This document shows positions 38,533-50,095 of a stretch of DNA of 64,000 bases, piece by piece. Both the position numbers and the translations under genes were made by a program. This DNA comes from Eledone cirrhosa (Eukaryota). Position 1 is the stretch's first letter; every line of letters begins with the position of its first letter. The DNA lies in assembly GCA_964016885.1 (NCBI GenBank), contig OZ024741.1, positions 305,536,001 through 305,600,000 of the forward strand, read 5' to 3'. Below the pieces are notes generated by a model. That model saw only the letters and a list, made by a program, of their open reading frames with translations, was not told the DNA's origin and did not search any database.

Positions 38533-38544
38533 GCCGAAATAGCT
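38533..38544 (-). promoter_or_regulatory. Atypical primer-binding site AGCTATTTCGGC
   Basis: Abuts the 5' LTR; complementary to nt 1-12 of metazoan tRNA-Phe (GCCGAAAUAGCU, recalled sequence); no TGG start. Confidence 0.55.
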
Positions 38545-38846
38545 TGTGGTTAGAAAAAGCTATCTCACTTACCGCTTTTCGTAGGCGCCGCTAAACTCCA
38601 CTGCAGGTTACTCCTCTTCCACGTGCGTCCAACTGCTTCACACCGGGAGCTGACCAAAACTCGCGTCCACACCGTTTGCTGGTCACCACTAAAGAGAGCC
38701 CTCTGCTGGCCCTTCCGGTCGAGCATCCTTCCGGCCAAACACCCTTCCGGTCGAGCACTCCCCCACCTCCGGCCACCGCACGCCACACACCCTTCCGGTC
38801 GAGCACTCCCCTGCCTCCGGCCACCGCACGCCACACCATACCCACA
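38545..38846 (-). repeat. 5' LTR (302 bp)
   Basis: TGTGG...CCACA termini; internal 48-bp tandem duplication. Confidence 0.95.
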
Positions 38847-39028
38847 CGATGTTCAGAGAGTGGGATTGGCGCCATGCAAAGCCTTTCCTAACTTACAAAA
38901 GCTTCAAGCACAGGCATCGCTTGATGTGACATTGTTTGCGATGCATTGCCGGTCATAGACAAGCCACGTCCGTGATGCTCATACTTAAGTATCAAGCGAT
39001 GGCATTACTCGAAATCGAGTTGCAACCA

Positions 39029-39138
<110 letters not shown>

Positions 39139-40036
39139 TCCAAATGTATTCCAAACGGCTGCGCTACCATTACACCAACACGAGACATTCATAGTTTGTA
39201 CCTGCCTTGTAGCAAATTACATTAAGCTAACATTCCTTCAATACGCACACTTGGTGCATGTAATTGGAATTGTGAAGTTATACATACAGATTTAAATGGA
39301 AAAATCAGACCATCTCCATTTTAATTGTGCACTTTCCATACTTAAAGCTATTTAAAAACACACAAACACACACATAACCAAATATATATATACATTAAGA
39401 ACACACCCATACAAATATACACCATATTTTTCTATAAAACTGGATGATCATATCTTCTTACCTTCTACAACAGACATCTGATGTTGCTAAAGTAGAGAGA
39501 TTTTGATAAATTGCCATAAGTATTTTTTGTTAAAAGTATTGCTTTGGTGTGTCTAAAAGATAAAACCAAAAGCCTATCAGGGGCACGCCTTTGAAAATCC
39601 CAGGGCACATCTATCTTACTAGGCGCCACTCACGCCGATAGGGCCACCAGTTGATGGGGGCCCTGGGGAAAATGCCCCATCTGTCCCGCTCTAAATACGC
39701 CCCTGCACACATTCAAACACACACACATATATACATATATAGGGAATGCCGCAACACAGGGAAAATAGCAAAGAGAGTGTTCTACACAGCAGGGTGTTAT
39801 ATACGTAATATAGTGAGTTAACTTCGATCTAGTGAGATTGTCCATGCAATTAGTAAACAAAACCTCCCACTAGGTGTGATAAAACCCTAATAAAATCACA
39901 ATACTGAGCGACAGTATAGAGGTATGGTGAATGTAGACACATTGTGAATATCAACAGGCGTTGAAGATCATTTATTCGAAATATTTGGGACTGGATTTTT
40001 TCGGATTTTTAAATATTTGTGTTAGATTTCTATAAA

Positions 40037-40726
40037 CTAGCTGACCCCGTAGAAATTCTACAGTTTAATTAGAAACAACGATCAAGTATCAATGATCAAT
40101 ACGACATTTTAAATGTTATAAGTTATATGGTATATTATGGTCCCGTAACTCCTGATAGAGTCGTAGGGGCGCCATATTGACACACGGCGTTTCTTGGGCA
40201 TTTAAAGCATGGCGGAGTCCATCCCTCCCCAGGCCTGAGTACAGTAGATTTCTTTCAGAGAAAGATAGAAAGTGAGAGAGAGGAAAATGAGAAAGAAATA
40301 GAGGAAGAATCCACCCCAGTACTAGATTAATACTTTTCTTTATCGACCTCGAAAGGGTGAAAGACAAAGTTGACCTCGGTGAGATTTGAACTCAGCGAGT
40401 AGAGAGCCGGAACTAATACCACAAAGCCTTCTATCTGACCTTCTAACGACTCTGTCAATTCGCTGCCTTATATGTTATATATAAACACACAAATAATATA
40501 AATGTCCGGGAATATTACTTCGCCCTCGCACACACACAGCGCGCCCCCACCCCCTTCCTGAAAGACTAACATTTTCATCGTTGCAGCGACGACTACCCCT
40601 GTTTCTTTCGTTCTCTCCCTCTCATTCTCTTTTTTCTCACTCTCTTACAAACACACACTATCTCCTTTCCAGTGTGACAAACGTTTTACACGCCATGTGC
40701 ACGAGCTTTATTAATACAATAGAAGA
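40037..40726 (-). mobile_element. Non-autonomous Helitron with a nested SINE (about 40130-40468)
   Basis: On the minus strand it starts A|TCTTCTATTGTATTAATAAAGCTCG and ends with hairpin TGTAGAATTTCTACG-GGGTCAG-CTAG|T. Confidence 0.65.
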
Positions 40727-40747
40727 TTATATATACTCTTAAGGTAG

Positions 40748-40789
<42 letters not shown>

Positions 40790-40792
<3 letters not shown>

Positions 40793-41065
40793 GTATAAAA
40801 ATCAATACAATATAATTACCTCATTACCAGAGGTTTCCCGAATGAGGCGAATACGAAAGAAACGTCTTCATTCGTTCGTCAGACGAGGCAATATATTCTG
40901 ACGAACGAATGGAGACGTTTCTTTCGTATTCGCCTCATTCGGGAAACCTCTGGTAATGAGGTAATTATATTGTATTGATTTTTATACATTAAATTTTGCT
41001 CTGATACTTACATAGAGCACTCTTCACTTCTATGACCTTTTCTGTTTTCAACGGAAATTTCAATA

Positions 41066-41068
<3 letters not shown>
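40790..41068 (+). mobile_element. Fold-back hammerhead element in (TA)n
   Basis: Arms 40790-40883 and 40897-40990, 13-nt spacer, 78-bp tail. Confidence 0.8.
40889..40972 (+). ncRNA. Type I hammerhead ribozyme with a full stem III
   Basis: Stem I CAATATATT/ATTATATTG (1 mismatch); CTGACGA at 40898; stem II CGAATG/CATTCG; GAAA at 40943; stem III CCTC-tggtaat-GAGG; GUA cleavage predicted after 40963. Confidence 0.8.
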
Positions 41069-41155
<87 letters not shown>

Positions 41156-41161
41156 CATACG

Positions 41162-41214
<53 letters not shown>

Positions 41215-41433
41215 GAAGAGATGAATTATGTGAATTATCGAAGGGCTGGAAGTATTTAAAATTTGATAAAGTGAGCATCCAAGGCGCAGAAAATATCTGT
41301 AATAACAGTTGATCACAATAGATAATAGTTGAGAGAATTTGGTCAATTATCCTTAGAGACTCAAAGACGGGAACAGTGGTTATTACAGTTAGTTACTGAA
41401 TTCATAAGGCTCACGTTTACAGATTTTGACACA

Positions 41434-41529
<96 letters not shown>

Positions 41530-41530
<1 letters not shown>

Positions 41531-41695
41531 ATAATTGTTTCTACTTTTGGCACAAGGCCATCAATTACCCCAGTGCATAAATCGACTCCGTAAGGATGAA
41601 AGGCAAAGTTAACCTCAGGGGGATTTGAACTCAGAACGCAAAGGACCATAACTCTATGCTGCAGACATGGTGTCTGACACTCTACTGATACTGCT
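41530..41695 (-). mobile_element. tRNA-derived SINE (family A)
   Basis: Homology to 31939-32163. Confidence 0.75.
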
Positions 41696-42060
41696 AACAT
41701 ATATAATGTCATGTTAGCACTAGAGAAACCTTCGGATTTTGGGGCCTCCAAATAGGATTCTTAACCTGTAGTATAAAGAAGAAAATATATTAAGAAAGCC
41801 TTCTATATGTAAATCTTACTATATGGATATACCTATGTATGTCTTCCTGTTTGTCTAACTGGCTGGCTGTCTACTGTCTTTATACCCCCCCCCCTGCCCC
41901 CCCTCTCTCTCTCTACATCCTTGTTCCCTCCAGTGTAATTTTCAGATTTCCGTTTATACCTAATTGTGAACAATTTTTCATGTTTATTTAATATGTATAA
42001 TATTACAAACAGCAAAGTTCATAGCGATTAATTAATTCGTTAGTTATTTAGTTAGTTAGC

Positions 42061-42064
<4 letters not shown>

Positions 42065-42093
<29 letters not shown>

Positions 42094-44130
42094 TGTATGT
42101 ATGTGCGTGCGTATGTATGTATGTATGTATGTATGTATGTATGTATGTATGTATGTATGTATGTCTGTATGTATGTACGTACTATTATGTATGTATGTAC
42201 GTACGTATGTATGTATGTATGCATGTATGTATGTACGTACGTTTTTTATGATTTTACAAATTTTTCCCAATAGAGAGAGAGTCGGTTTCTAACATAAACA
42301 CAAGATTCCCTCATTGGAATTTACACAACATCAACTAGGTAGATATGTATGCATGTCTGCATGCATGTGTGTGCAGATATGGATGTTAATGTATGTATGG
42401 ATGTGGATGTTTTGAGTTGTATGTGTGCATGTGCATATGCTTTGTATCTGTACATGTGTATGCAGTTATTCAATGCAGAATTTTTGGAATGTTTTACATA
42501 TTTTTACTGTTCCATTAATGGATTGTACTTGTAATTTACTAACTAGTTGTGTTCTTTCTGTTTCTGTGAAGCCTAGCTTCTCAAGATTTATACTGAGGCA
42601 GTTACTAACATATCCCAGTGCCCCAATAATCACAGGTATGAATCTGAAGGTATAGTAGGGTGGAGTATCTGCAGATTTCTCATTAGTTCTGCATAGAAGT
42701 TCTCCTTTTCGCTAATCTTTGATATTATATTGGCATCTACTGGGCAGCTAACTTCCACTACTGTGCATGCCTTCTTTTCCCTGTCCCATATCATTATATC
42801 TGGTCTGTTATGTTTGCATTTTATTGGGGTTTTTACTGGAACATTCCACCTGTACTCTTTCATATTATGTACGTATATGTCTTCCACATTGCTGTAATGT
42901 TTAATGTTTATTGTCAGGGATATCGTTTCTACAGATTGCATTGTACAGTGTTTTGGCCACTACATCATGTCTCATGAGTAGATAGTACCGTGATGACATC
43001 TTTGGACAGCTGCTTATGGCATGGGTAACATCTTCGATGTTAATTCTGCAGAGTCTGCATTTGTTGTCACATCTAGGTGCTTTGCCTGCATCCCTATCTC
43101 TTTTGTGAATCAGGTATTTTGTGTTGATTTCCTGTTCTTGGATTGCAAAAGCATATCCTTCAAAGTGGGAGCCAATATAGCGGTTGTTGGTCCAAGATAG
43201 ACTACTTTCCTTATCTATATTACTCTCACTCTGGAGCTTCCTGGCAACATATCCATGCATGATTTTTCTGATAAGCATGCAGTTTTTCATCATGGATTCG
43301 CTGCGGTATTGCTGATGGCAATCGTTTGGAGGTTCGTAAGTGTTGTCAGAGGGATATGATGCGACATTCAAATGCTGTCTGGACTGATGTTAACCCTCTA
43401 CCTCCCTACTTACGTTTAAAGGCGGTCTATGTCACTGTTGATGTGGAAGTTTCCGGTGTTGTTTAAAACTTTTCGAATTTTAACATCAATTGCTCGGATT
43501 TCGTCTATCGTCCAATTGAGTATTCCAAACGTTGGTGTTAGGACAGTCACAGCAAACACATTGTGAGCCACTGTTTTATTGTGAGCAGAGAGTTCCGATG
43601 ACCATATTTTTCTTAATCGGATGTAATATTCCCTGGTTACGCGTTCCTTATTACAGATACCATTACAGGATATATTCTCATCTATCCCCAGGTATCTGTA
43701 GCAGCCCTCGTCAGATATCGGTGAAACAGTTAGGCCATTGATAAGAATGTTGCTAGATTGGGTTGTAGTTTTTCCCCGCTTTACAATCGTATATGAACAT
43801 TTATCTTGGCCAAACTCCATTCCTATATCCTTTGAGAATGTTGTAATCAGGTCAAGATTTTTCTTCATCCCATTTATGTTCTTGGCATAGAGTTTCAGGT
43901 CATCCACAAAGAAATTATGGGTTAAGTTCATATTTCCGTTCTCCTGTGAACCAATACTTCACATTTCTTGAGCAGAAAGGACAAGATGTTTAATGAGAGT
44001 ATAAATAGTAGCATAGAAAGACTGTCTCCTTGAAAATATCCCTGTGATATTCTATTTTATCAGTGAAAATAGAGTCCTCTTTTTTTGTTTTTAACTTTAG
44101 GATAGTAGCCCCAAAAGAAAACAGTTTATC
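42065..44130 (-). mobile_element. R4/Dong-clade LINE, 5'-truncated and frameshifted (RT, CCHC, restriction-like endonuclease, 3' UTR, (TACA)n)
   Basis: IFQGDSLSMLLF; THNFFVDDLKLY; CRLC...THAISSC; RHD; HNRPDIMIWDREKKACTVVEVSCP. Confidence 0.9.
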
Positions 44131-45424
44131 GATAGCTCTGGTAATATATTAGATTGACTTAAATTCCTCTGTTGAATATGGTACTCTAAAACTATGTTTA
44201 CACGATATAAAAATAAAAAAAATACCAAGCCCGAGTAACGTTGGTGAACTAGAGCCACCACTGAAATAAGGTTTGGTTAAAATATAAGGGTGATTAAAAC
44301 ATTCGATAGGCTTAATGTTCCTTTGCTGAAAACCGTATTTTACATTGAAATCCTCACTTCCAACTTTTAACTTCCTTTACTGACCACTGCCACCTTCAGT
44401 TTATAGGATGCATGTGTTTTTAGAGACCAATATTTATACCAGGAATGCATGAAATAGTGTACGTGTTTTTTTTTATAGTAAAATATATTTTTTGCTCCGT
44501 TTACAGAGGAAAGTAAGAACATTTATTGCACAAATTTAATTTTTTTTTTACAAAGTGAAAGTATCTCACATTTTTTTTTTGTATTTATATAAAACATTGA
44601 TTCTTTTACATGCATGGGCCCTTAATATCTGGTATAATCGTAAGCTTATCTTGGACAAGGGCCTTTGATATCTGGCGTAGTCGTAGGCGTATCTTGGGCA
44701 TGGACCCTTAATATCTGGTGTAGTCGCAGGTGTATCTTGGTCATTTAAACCTGGTAGTTAGCATTGCCGGTCGCGAGAATAATAACACAATACCATAGAA
44801 GAGATTAATATTTTATTAAGGCCAAGTTTGAGATTTGTTAATCTGGAATTTCTCCTCTGTACAGACAAGTCTTGTTTGATCACCCGACCGCGAAATACGG
44901 TGTTTTCTCTATGCTGAATACTTATAATGAAAGCAAAATACCCCCCCCCCCCCCCCCCCTCAATAAATACAAGCTGTTTCCCGGATGTTGTATGATCAAG
45001 GTTTTATTTACCTTTTTTATTTGCTTTGATCTACAAGACATAAGCACATTCCCAATTTGACCAGCCTACAAAAAAGTTTGCGGATCCCTGAACGTGTTCG
45101 TTCCGGTACAAGGCACTAATTTCTAATCCTGCTGAAGTCAACTTTGCTTTTCATTCTGTCCAAGTCGATATATATAGTTATATAGTACCAGTGCAGTACT
45201 GGGTTGATTCTTAATCTTTCTCTGTTTCTCACTTTCTTTCTCAAGAAATCGGCTGGGTTCCGACCTGAAAAGGAATGGGCTCCACCAGGTTTGACTGGCC
45301 AAGATCGGATTTAAACGCTAATATATCAGGACGGTGCCTCCTTATAACTCAACCAGGAGTTCAGGGTTAGTAGCATAGCATGGCCTTATAAAAATAAATA
45401 GTCTAACGACACGAGCTCGTCTTA

Positions 45425-45648
45425 GTAATAATTGTTTTTCAAATTGCTGGCACGAGGCCAGCATTTTGAAAGGAAGGAAAAGTCGATAAAATCGATCCCA
45501 GTGCATGACTGGTACTTTATTTTATCGACCCCGTAAGGATGAAAGGTAAAGTTAACCTTGGCGGGATTTGAACTCAGATCATAAAGGGCCGTAACTCTAT
45601 GCTGCAAAGCATGACGTCCGACCATCTACCGATACTGCCAATCCACCG
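45425..45648 (-). mobile_element. tRNA-derived SINE (family A), full length
   Basis: Homology to 31939-32163. Confidence 0.8.
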
Positions 45649-45716
45649 TTCGACTTAGCAGCGAAATCTCCCTCAAATCAAACCCAACAGTTACGTCATA
45701 TATATATACAAGAAGA

Positions 45717-47046
45717 TGGGATGTTCAACCCCCCAAAGAGGATGTCCTCATCCTCGGGTCACCGATCCACCCGCCGGCCATCCGCTCCACCATCAGGTCC
45801 AGGCTTCAACAGCTCCAGACTCTCACGAGCCAACTGGGCTTGATTGACGGCCACCCAGCTCTCTTTCTGCTGAGGAACTGCTTCGCCATGCCGAAGCTCC
45901 TCTATACACTCCGCAGCGCTCCATGCTACACCCAGACATCTCTCCTCGCTGACCTCGATACTTGTATCCGAGCAGCAGCCGAGGGGATATGCAACGTCAA
46001 GTTTGACGACATAGGGTGGCAACAGGCCACTTTACCTGTCAGGTACGGCAGCCTTGGCCTCCGGTCCCCGATCTCACTAGCTTTGCCGGCGTATCTTTCG
46101 TCGGTAACCTCGTGCCGCGTCCTCGTCAGCAGGGTTCTTCAAAACACAACAGAACCCTCTGTGTTCAGAGAACGCGAGGCCGCCTGTGAGACGTGGGACC
46201 GGCTGAGACTTAGCCCAGTAGACGTCCCTCCTCCTTCTCCCCCTGTTGACGTCAATTCCCCCCAACGCACTTGGGATGCCATCCAGTGCAGCCTGGCCTC
46301 AGACAGGCTCACGTGCCAGCTCGACCAGCACCGCCTTGCTTGTTTTCGTGCGACCTCCAAACCCCACAGTGGTGCCTGGCTCCATGCCATGCCCTCCTTC
46401 TCCACTGGCTAACCATAGCCTGCGAATCGGCGTTTCCCTGAGGCTCGGCCTCCGGATCTGCCAGCCACACCAATGTCGCTGCGGTTCCACCGTGGACTCT
46501 TTCGGCCTCCACCCGCTTTCCTGTAGCCACAGTGCCGGCCGCATTCCACGCCATGCTGCCCTCAACGAGGTCATTAAGCATGGCTTGGACGCTGCAGGCT
46601 TCCCTTCCCAGCTCGAGCCGGTGGGGCTGGATCGAGGGGACGGCAAAAGGCCAGATGGCATGACCATCTTCCCGTTCCGCGGTGGCAAACCCCTCGTCTG
46701 GGATGCCACTTGCACTGACACTTTCTGCAGCCGCAACCTGGTGCAGTCTGCAACTGACCCAGGTTCTGCTGCACGTCGGGCTGAGGGGGCCAAACTCCTC
46801 AAATACCGGTCGCTCTCCAACAGGTTTGCGGTTGTTCCCCTGGCAGTGGAGATTTCTGGTGTCCTCGGCCCCAGGGATACCTCCTTACTCACCACCATAG
46901 GCGCTGAGCTGGCCAGCCGCAGGTGTGAGCCCCGCGAGTTGGAGTGGCTTTTCCAGCGCGTCTCCCTTGCCGTCCTCCGGGGAAACGCCTTCTCCATTCT
47001 GTCCGCCGGGGTTGTGGGTGGGCCCCATCGCGTACCAATACATTAG
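45717..47046 (+). pseudogene. CRE-clade LINE 3' portion (RT C-terminus, zinc knuckle, restriction-like endonuclease)
   Basis: LLRNCFAMPKLLYTLR...LPVRYGSLGL...SGAWL; CRC...HPLSC; RHAALNEVI; KRPDG...WDATCTDT...KLLKY...VPLAVE; frameshift near 46405. Confidence 0.9.
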
Positions 47047-47654
47047 TTAAATACCTTTCTTTCATCTGATATATCTCTAAATTAACAGACTCACCACAGT
47101 CAACAATGGCGAACATCAATTTTAACTGTTTCAAAGCTAGCTTTATCATCTATACAATGGCCACTAAAAAACATCGCTCCCACTAACTGCCGCCGAAACC
47201 ACTGCAACCACCACCACCACCACCACCACCACCACCACCAAGATTACTATCTCTAAGAACAACACCAAGATTGCTATCGTCATCTCCACCAACACTACTA
47301 CCATCACCACCGCCATTGCATCCATCGCTACACCACTACCACCATCATTACTATCACCATGAAAAAAAAAACCAAGATTACTATCGGCATCTCCGCCACC
47401 AACCCAACACCACCACCACCACCACCACCACCACTACGAGCCACCAGCAACACATTCACAATCACTACCACCACCAGTACCAACATCTCCACCACCAACC
47501 ATTACAAGCACAACCACCAGAAGGAACACTAACACCAATATCACTACCGCCGCCACCACAAGCACTCACAAATATCGTTTCCGAAGCCGCCGCCACCACC
47601 ATCTCCACCACAAACACTCACCAACACTTAGCCCCCCCCCCCCCCCCCCACCAC

Positions 47655-48050
47655 CACTCTAAACATTCACTTCCAACACTTCCTCTACCACCACCACCAC
47701 CACTCTAAACATTCACTTCCAACACTTCCTCTACCACCACCACCACCACCACCACCACCACCATCATCATCCCCCCACCATCACCCTAAGCATTCCTTTC
47801 TAACACTTCCTCTCCCACCACCACCACCACCACCACCACTCTAAACATTCACTTCCAACACTTCCTCTACCACCACCACCACCACCACCACTAAACATTC
47901 ACTTCCAACACTTTCTCTATCACCCCCCCCACCACCACCACCACTCTAAGCATTCCCTTCTAACACTTCCTCTCCCACCACCACCACCACCACCACTCTA
48001 AACATTCACTTCCAACACTTCCTCTACCACCACCACCACCACCACCACCG
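47655..48050. repeat. ~45-60-bp tandem repeat (CTCTAAACATTCACTTCCAACACTTCCTCTA-(CCA)n)
   Basis: About 7 copies separated by variable (CCA)n runs. Confidence 0.85.
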
Positions 48051-48289
48051 CCACCACCAGCCCCAACAACAACATTATTGAGATTACCACACCCTCCCAA
48101 TTCAGCAGCAACTAGTTATATGTTGATGGCAATAAGCGTGCTGGATGTTGGGTGTTGGGTGTTGGGTGCTGGGTGCTGGGTGTCTGTCGGTAGCTGCAAC
48201 TGTCTGTGTACGAAGGGTGTGTGTATGTGTGTATCAGATTCCACAAGCTCTTTGCAAGCTGCTCTTGGCAGTGGTTCTATGACTGCCGT

Positions 48290-48380
48290 GTTGAATCTGA
48301 CGCTGCACGATTGGCTGAACAGACCTTGCCAGTTGCTATTGGCAACGGCTGTAGCGCTGCATGATTGGCTGAACAGACTT
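48290..48380 (-). promoter_or_regulatory. Putative promoter module: two CCAAT boxes flanking an RFX X-box-like palindrome
   Basis: CGCTGCAYGATTGGCTGAACAGAC at 48301-48324 and 48355-48378; GTTGCTATTGGCAAC at 48332-48346. Confidence 0.4.
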
Positions 48381-48409
48381 GTTGAGTTGCTCTGAATGAT
48401 GGAATTCAG

Positions 48410-49160
48410 TAGCCAGAGAAAGGACAGCATGCCCAGAGAAGAGAGAGCAAGACCAGATAAAGGAGAGTATGCTAAGAGAAAGGAGAGCATGTCCAGAAAA
48501 GGAGAGCGACATCAAAGAAAAGAGAACGTAGTTAGAGAAAGGAGCACGTGACTAGAGAAAGAAGAGTGGGGTTAGAGAAATGAGAGCATGTCCAGAGAAA
48601 GGAGAGCGTGGAGCGTGGTCAGAGAAAGGAGAACATGTCAATAGAAAGGAGAGCATGGCTAGAGAAAGGAGAGCGTAGCTAGAGAAAGGAAAGCATGGCC
48701 AGAGAAAGGAAAGCATGTCTAGAGAAAGGAAAGCATGTCCAGAGAAAGGAGAGCGTGGCCAGAGAAAGGAGAGTGTGTCCAGAGGAAGGAGAGCGTGGCT
48801 AGAGAAAGGAGAGCATGTCCAGAGAAAGGATAACCTGTCCAGAGAAAGGAGAGCATGTCCAGAGAAAGGATAACATGTCCAGAGAAAGGAGAGCGTGGCT
48901 AGAGAAAGGAGAGCGTGGCTAGAGAAAGGAGAGCATGTCCAGAGAAAGAGAACCTGTCCAGAGAAAGGAGAGCATGTCCAGAGAAAGGAGAGCATGTCCA
49001 GAGAAAGGGTAACGTGTCCAGAGAAAGGAGAGCGTGCTAGAGAAAGGGGAGTGTGGCAAGAGAAAGGAGAGCGTAGCTAGAGAAAGGGGAGTGTGGAAAG
49101 AGAAAGGAGAGCGTAGCTAGAGAAAGAAGAGCTTGGTCAAGGAAAGGAGAGCATGGCCAG
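48410..49160. repeat. 20-bp purine-rich minisatellite (CCAGAGAAAGGAGAGCATGT), roughly 37 copies
   Basis: Direct tandem repetition. Confidence 0.95.
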
Positions 49161-49578
49161 AAAACTGACAAGAACACAAAAATGACTACAGAAATGACAT
49201 GGTGGTCATCATAAAGGTAGCATGAGTCCAATAAGACGCGATAATCATAACAAAGACAGTATAGTTACTCTAAGAACAGAATTATCACAGTAAGGACATA
49301 TTGACCACAGTAAAGACAGAATGACCAGAGCGGAAGTAGTATGGTCACGCTAATGACAAAATGACCAGAGTGCGTGTAGTATAGTCTATGGACAAACGAA
49401 TCACAGTAAGGACACAGAGGTACCACTGTGGTCAAAATGACCCCAATAGTGACAGAATGGTCACAGTAAGGACAGAATGATCACAATAATGCTACTACGC
49501 GTTTGATCTTCACGAGGTAGAAATTTGAGGAAATGAGGAAATACACACACACACGCACACAAATATATATATATACAT

Positions 49579-49703
49579 ACAATATATTAACAAATGGAAA
49601 CTATATTTATAAAGCCATATTTATTTTATTATACATATTTCAAGGGCCACCAAGGCAGATTATGGTGCGCTTTCATCCCAACAAATTAAATATAACCTCT
49701 GCA
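49579..49703 (+). mobile_element. Collapsed 'TAAATGGAAAC' fold-back element
   Basis: Inverted arm fused to the last ~26 nt of the tail at an ATC microhomology. Confidence 0.7.
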
Positions 49704-49955
49704 TATATATATATATATAATTTCGATTTTACTACCAGCACTGCCCGTATGTGAACAAGAGGTCGTTCTTCCACCCGTGACGTCACTAGTAGTAATTTAC
49801 CGACGCGCGGAATGGACAAGCTATCTCACGGCTCTCGCTATTTTAGATACATCTGCTGACGAAGCATTGCAGAGGTTGGCACACATAGATGCACTTATGC
49901 TGCCACTGTAGTTGACAAATTGCAGATTGCATCTGTCAATGCAATCTGCACTTAT

Positions 49956-50086
49956 AGATGGTTAAAAGAATTCCATATATTTTATTATGCGCATTTCGAA
50001 TACAAAATCTTCCTGATGATTTTGTATTCGAAATGCGCATAATAAAATATATGGAACTCTTTTAACCATCTTTTAATTTCTTCTTT
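49956..50086 (+). mobile_element. Short fold-back element with a hammerhead core at its centre
   Basis: Arms 49956-50009 and 50018-50071; CTGATGA (50013)-ttttgtattc-GAAA-TGCGCA-TA; stem II and stem I incomplete. Confidence 0.6.
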
Positions 50087-50095
50087 ATATATATA

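Larger units (their letters stand above)
34624..38846 (-). mobile_element. Full-length Ty3/Gypsy LTR retrotransposon (4.2 kb)
   Basis: TG...CA LTRs; 5-bp TSD CGATG (34619-34623 and 38847-38851); gag-PR-RT-RH-IN order; PPT-like TTGAGATCAGGGAGGCG before the 3' LTR. Confidence 0.95.

Noticed and set aside
48552-48995. 147-aa repetitive ORF
   Set aside because: Translation of the 20-bp minisatellite
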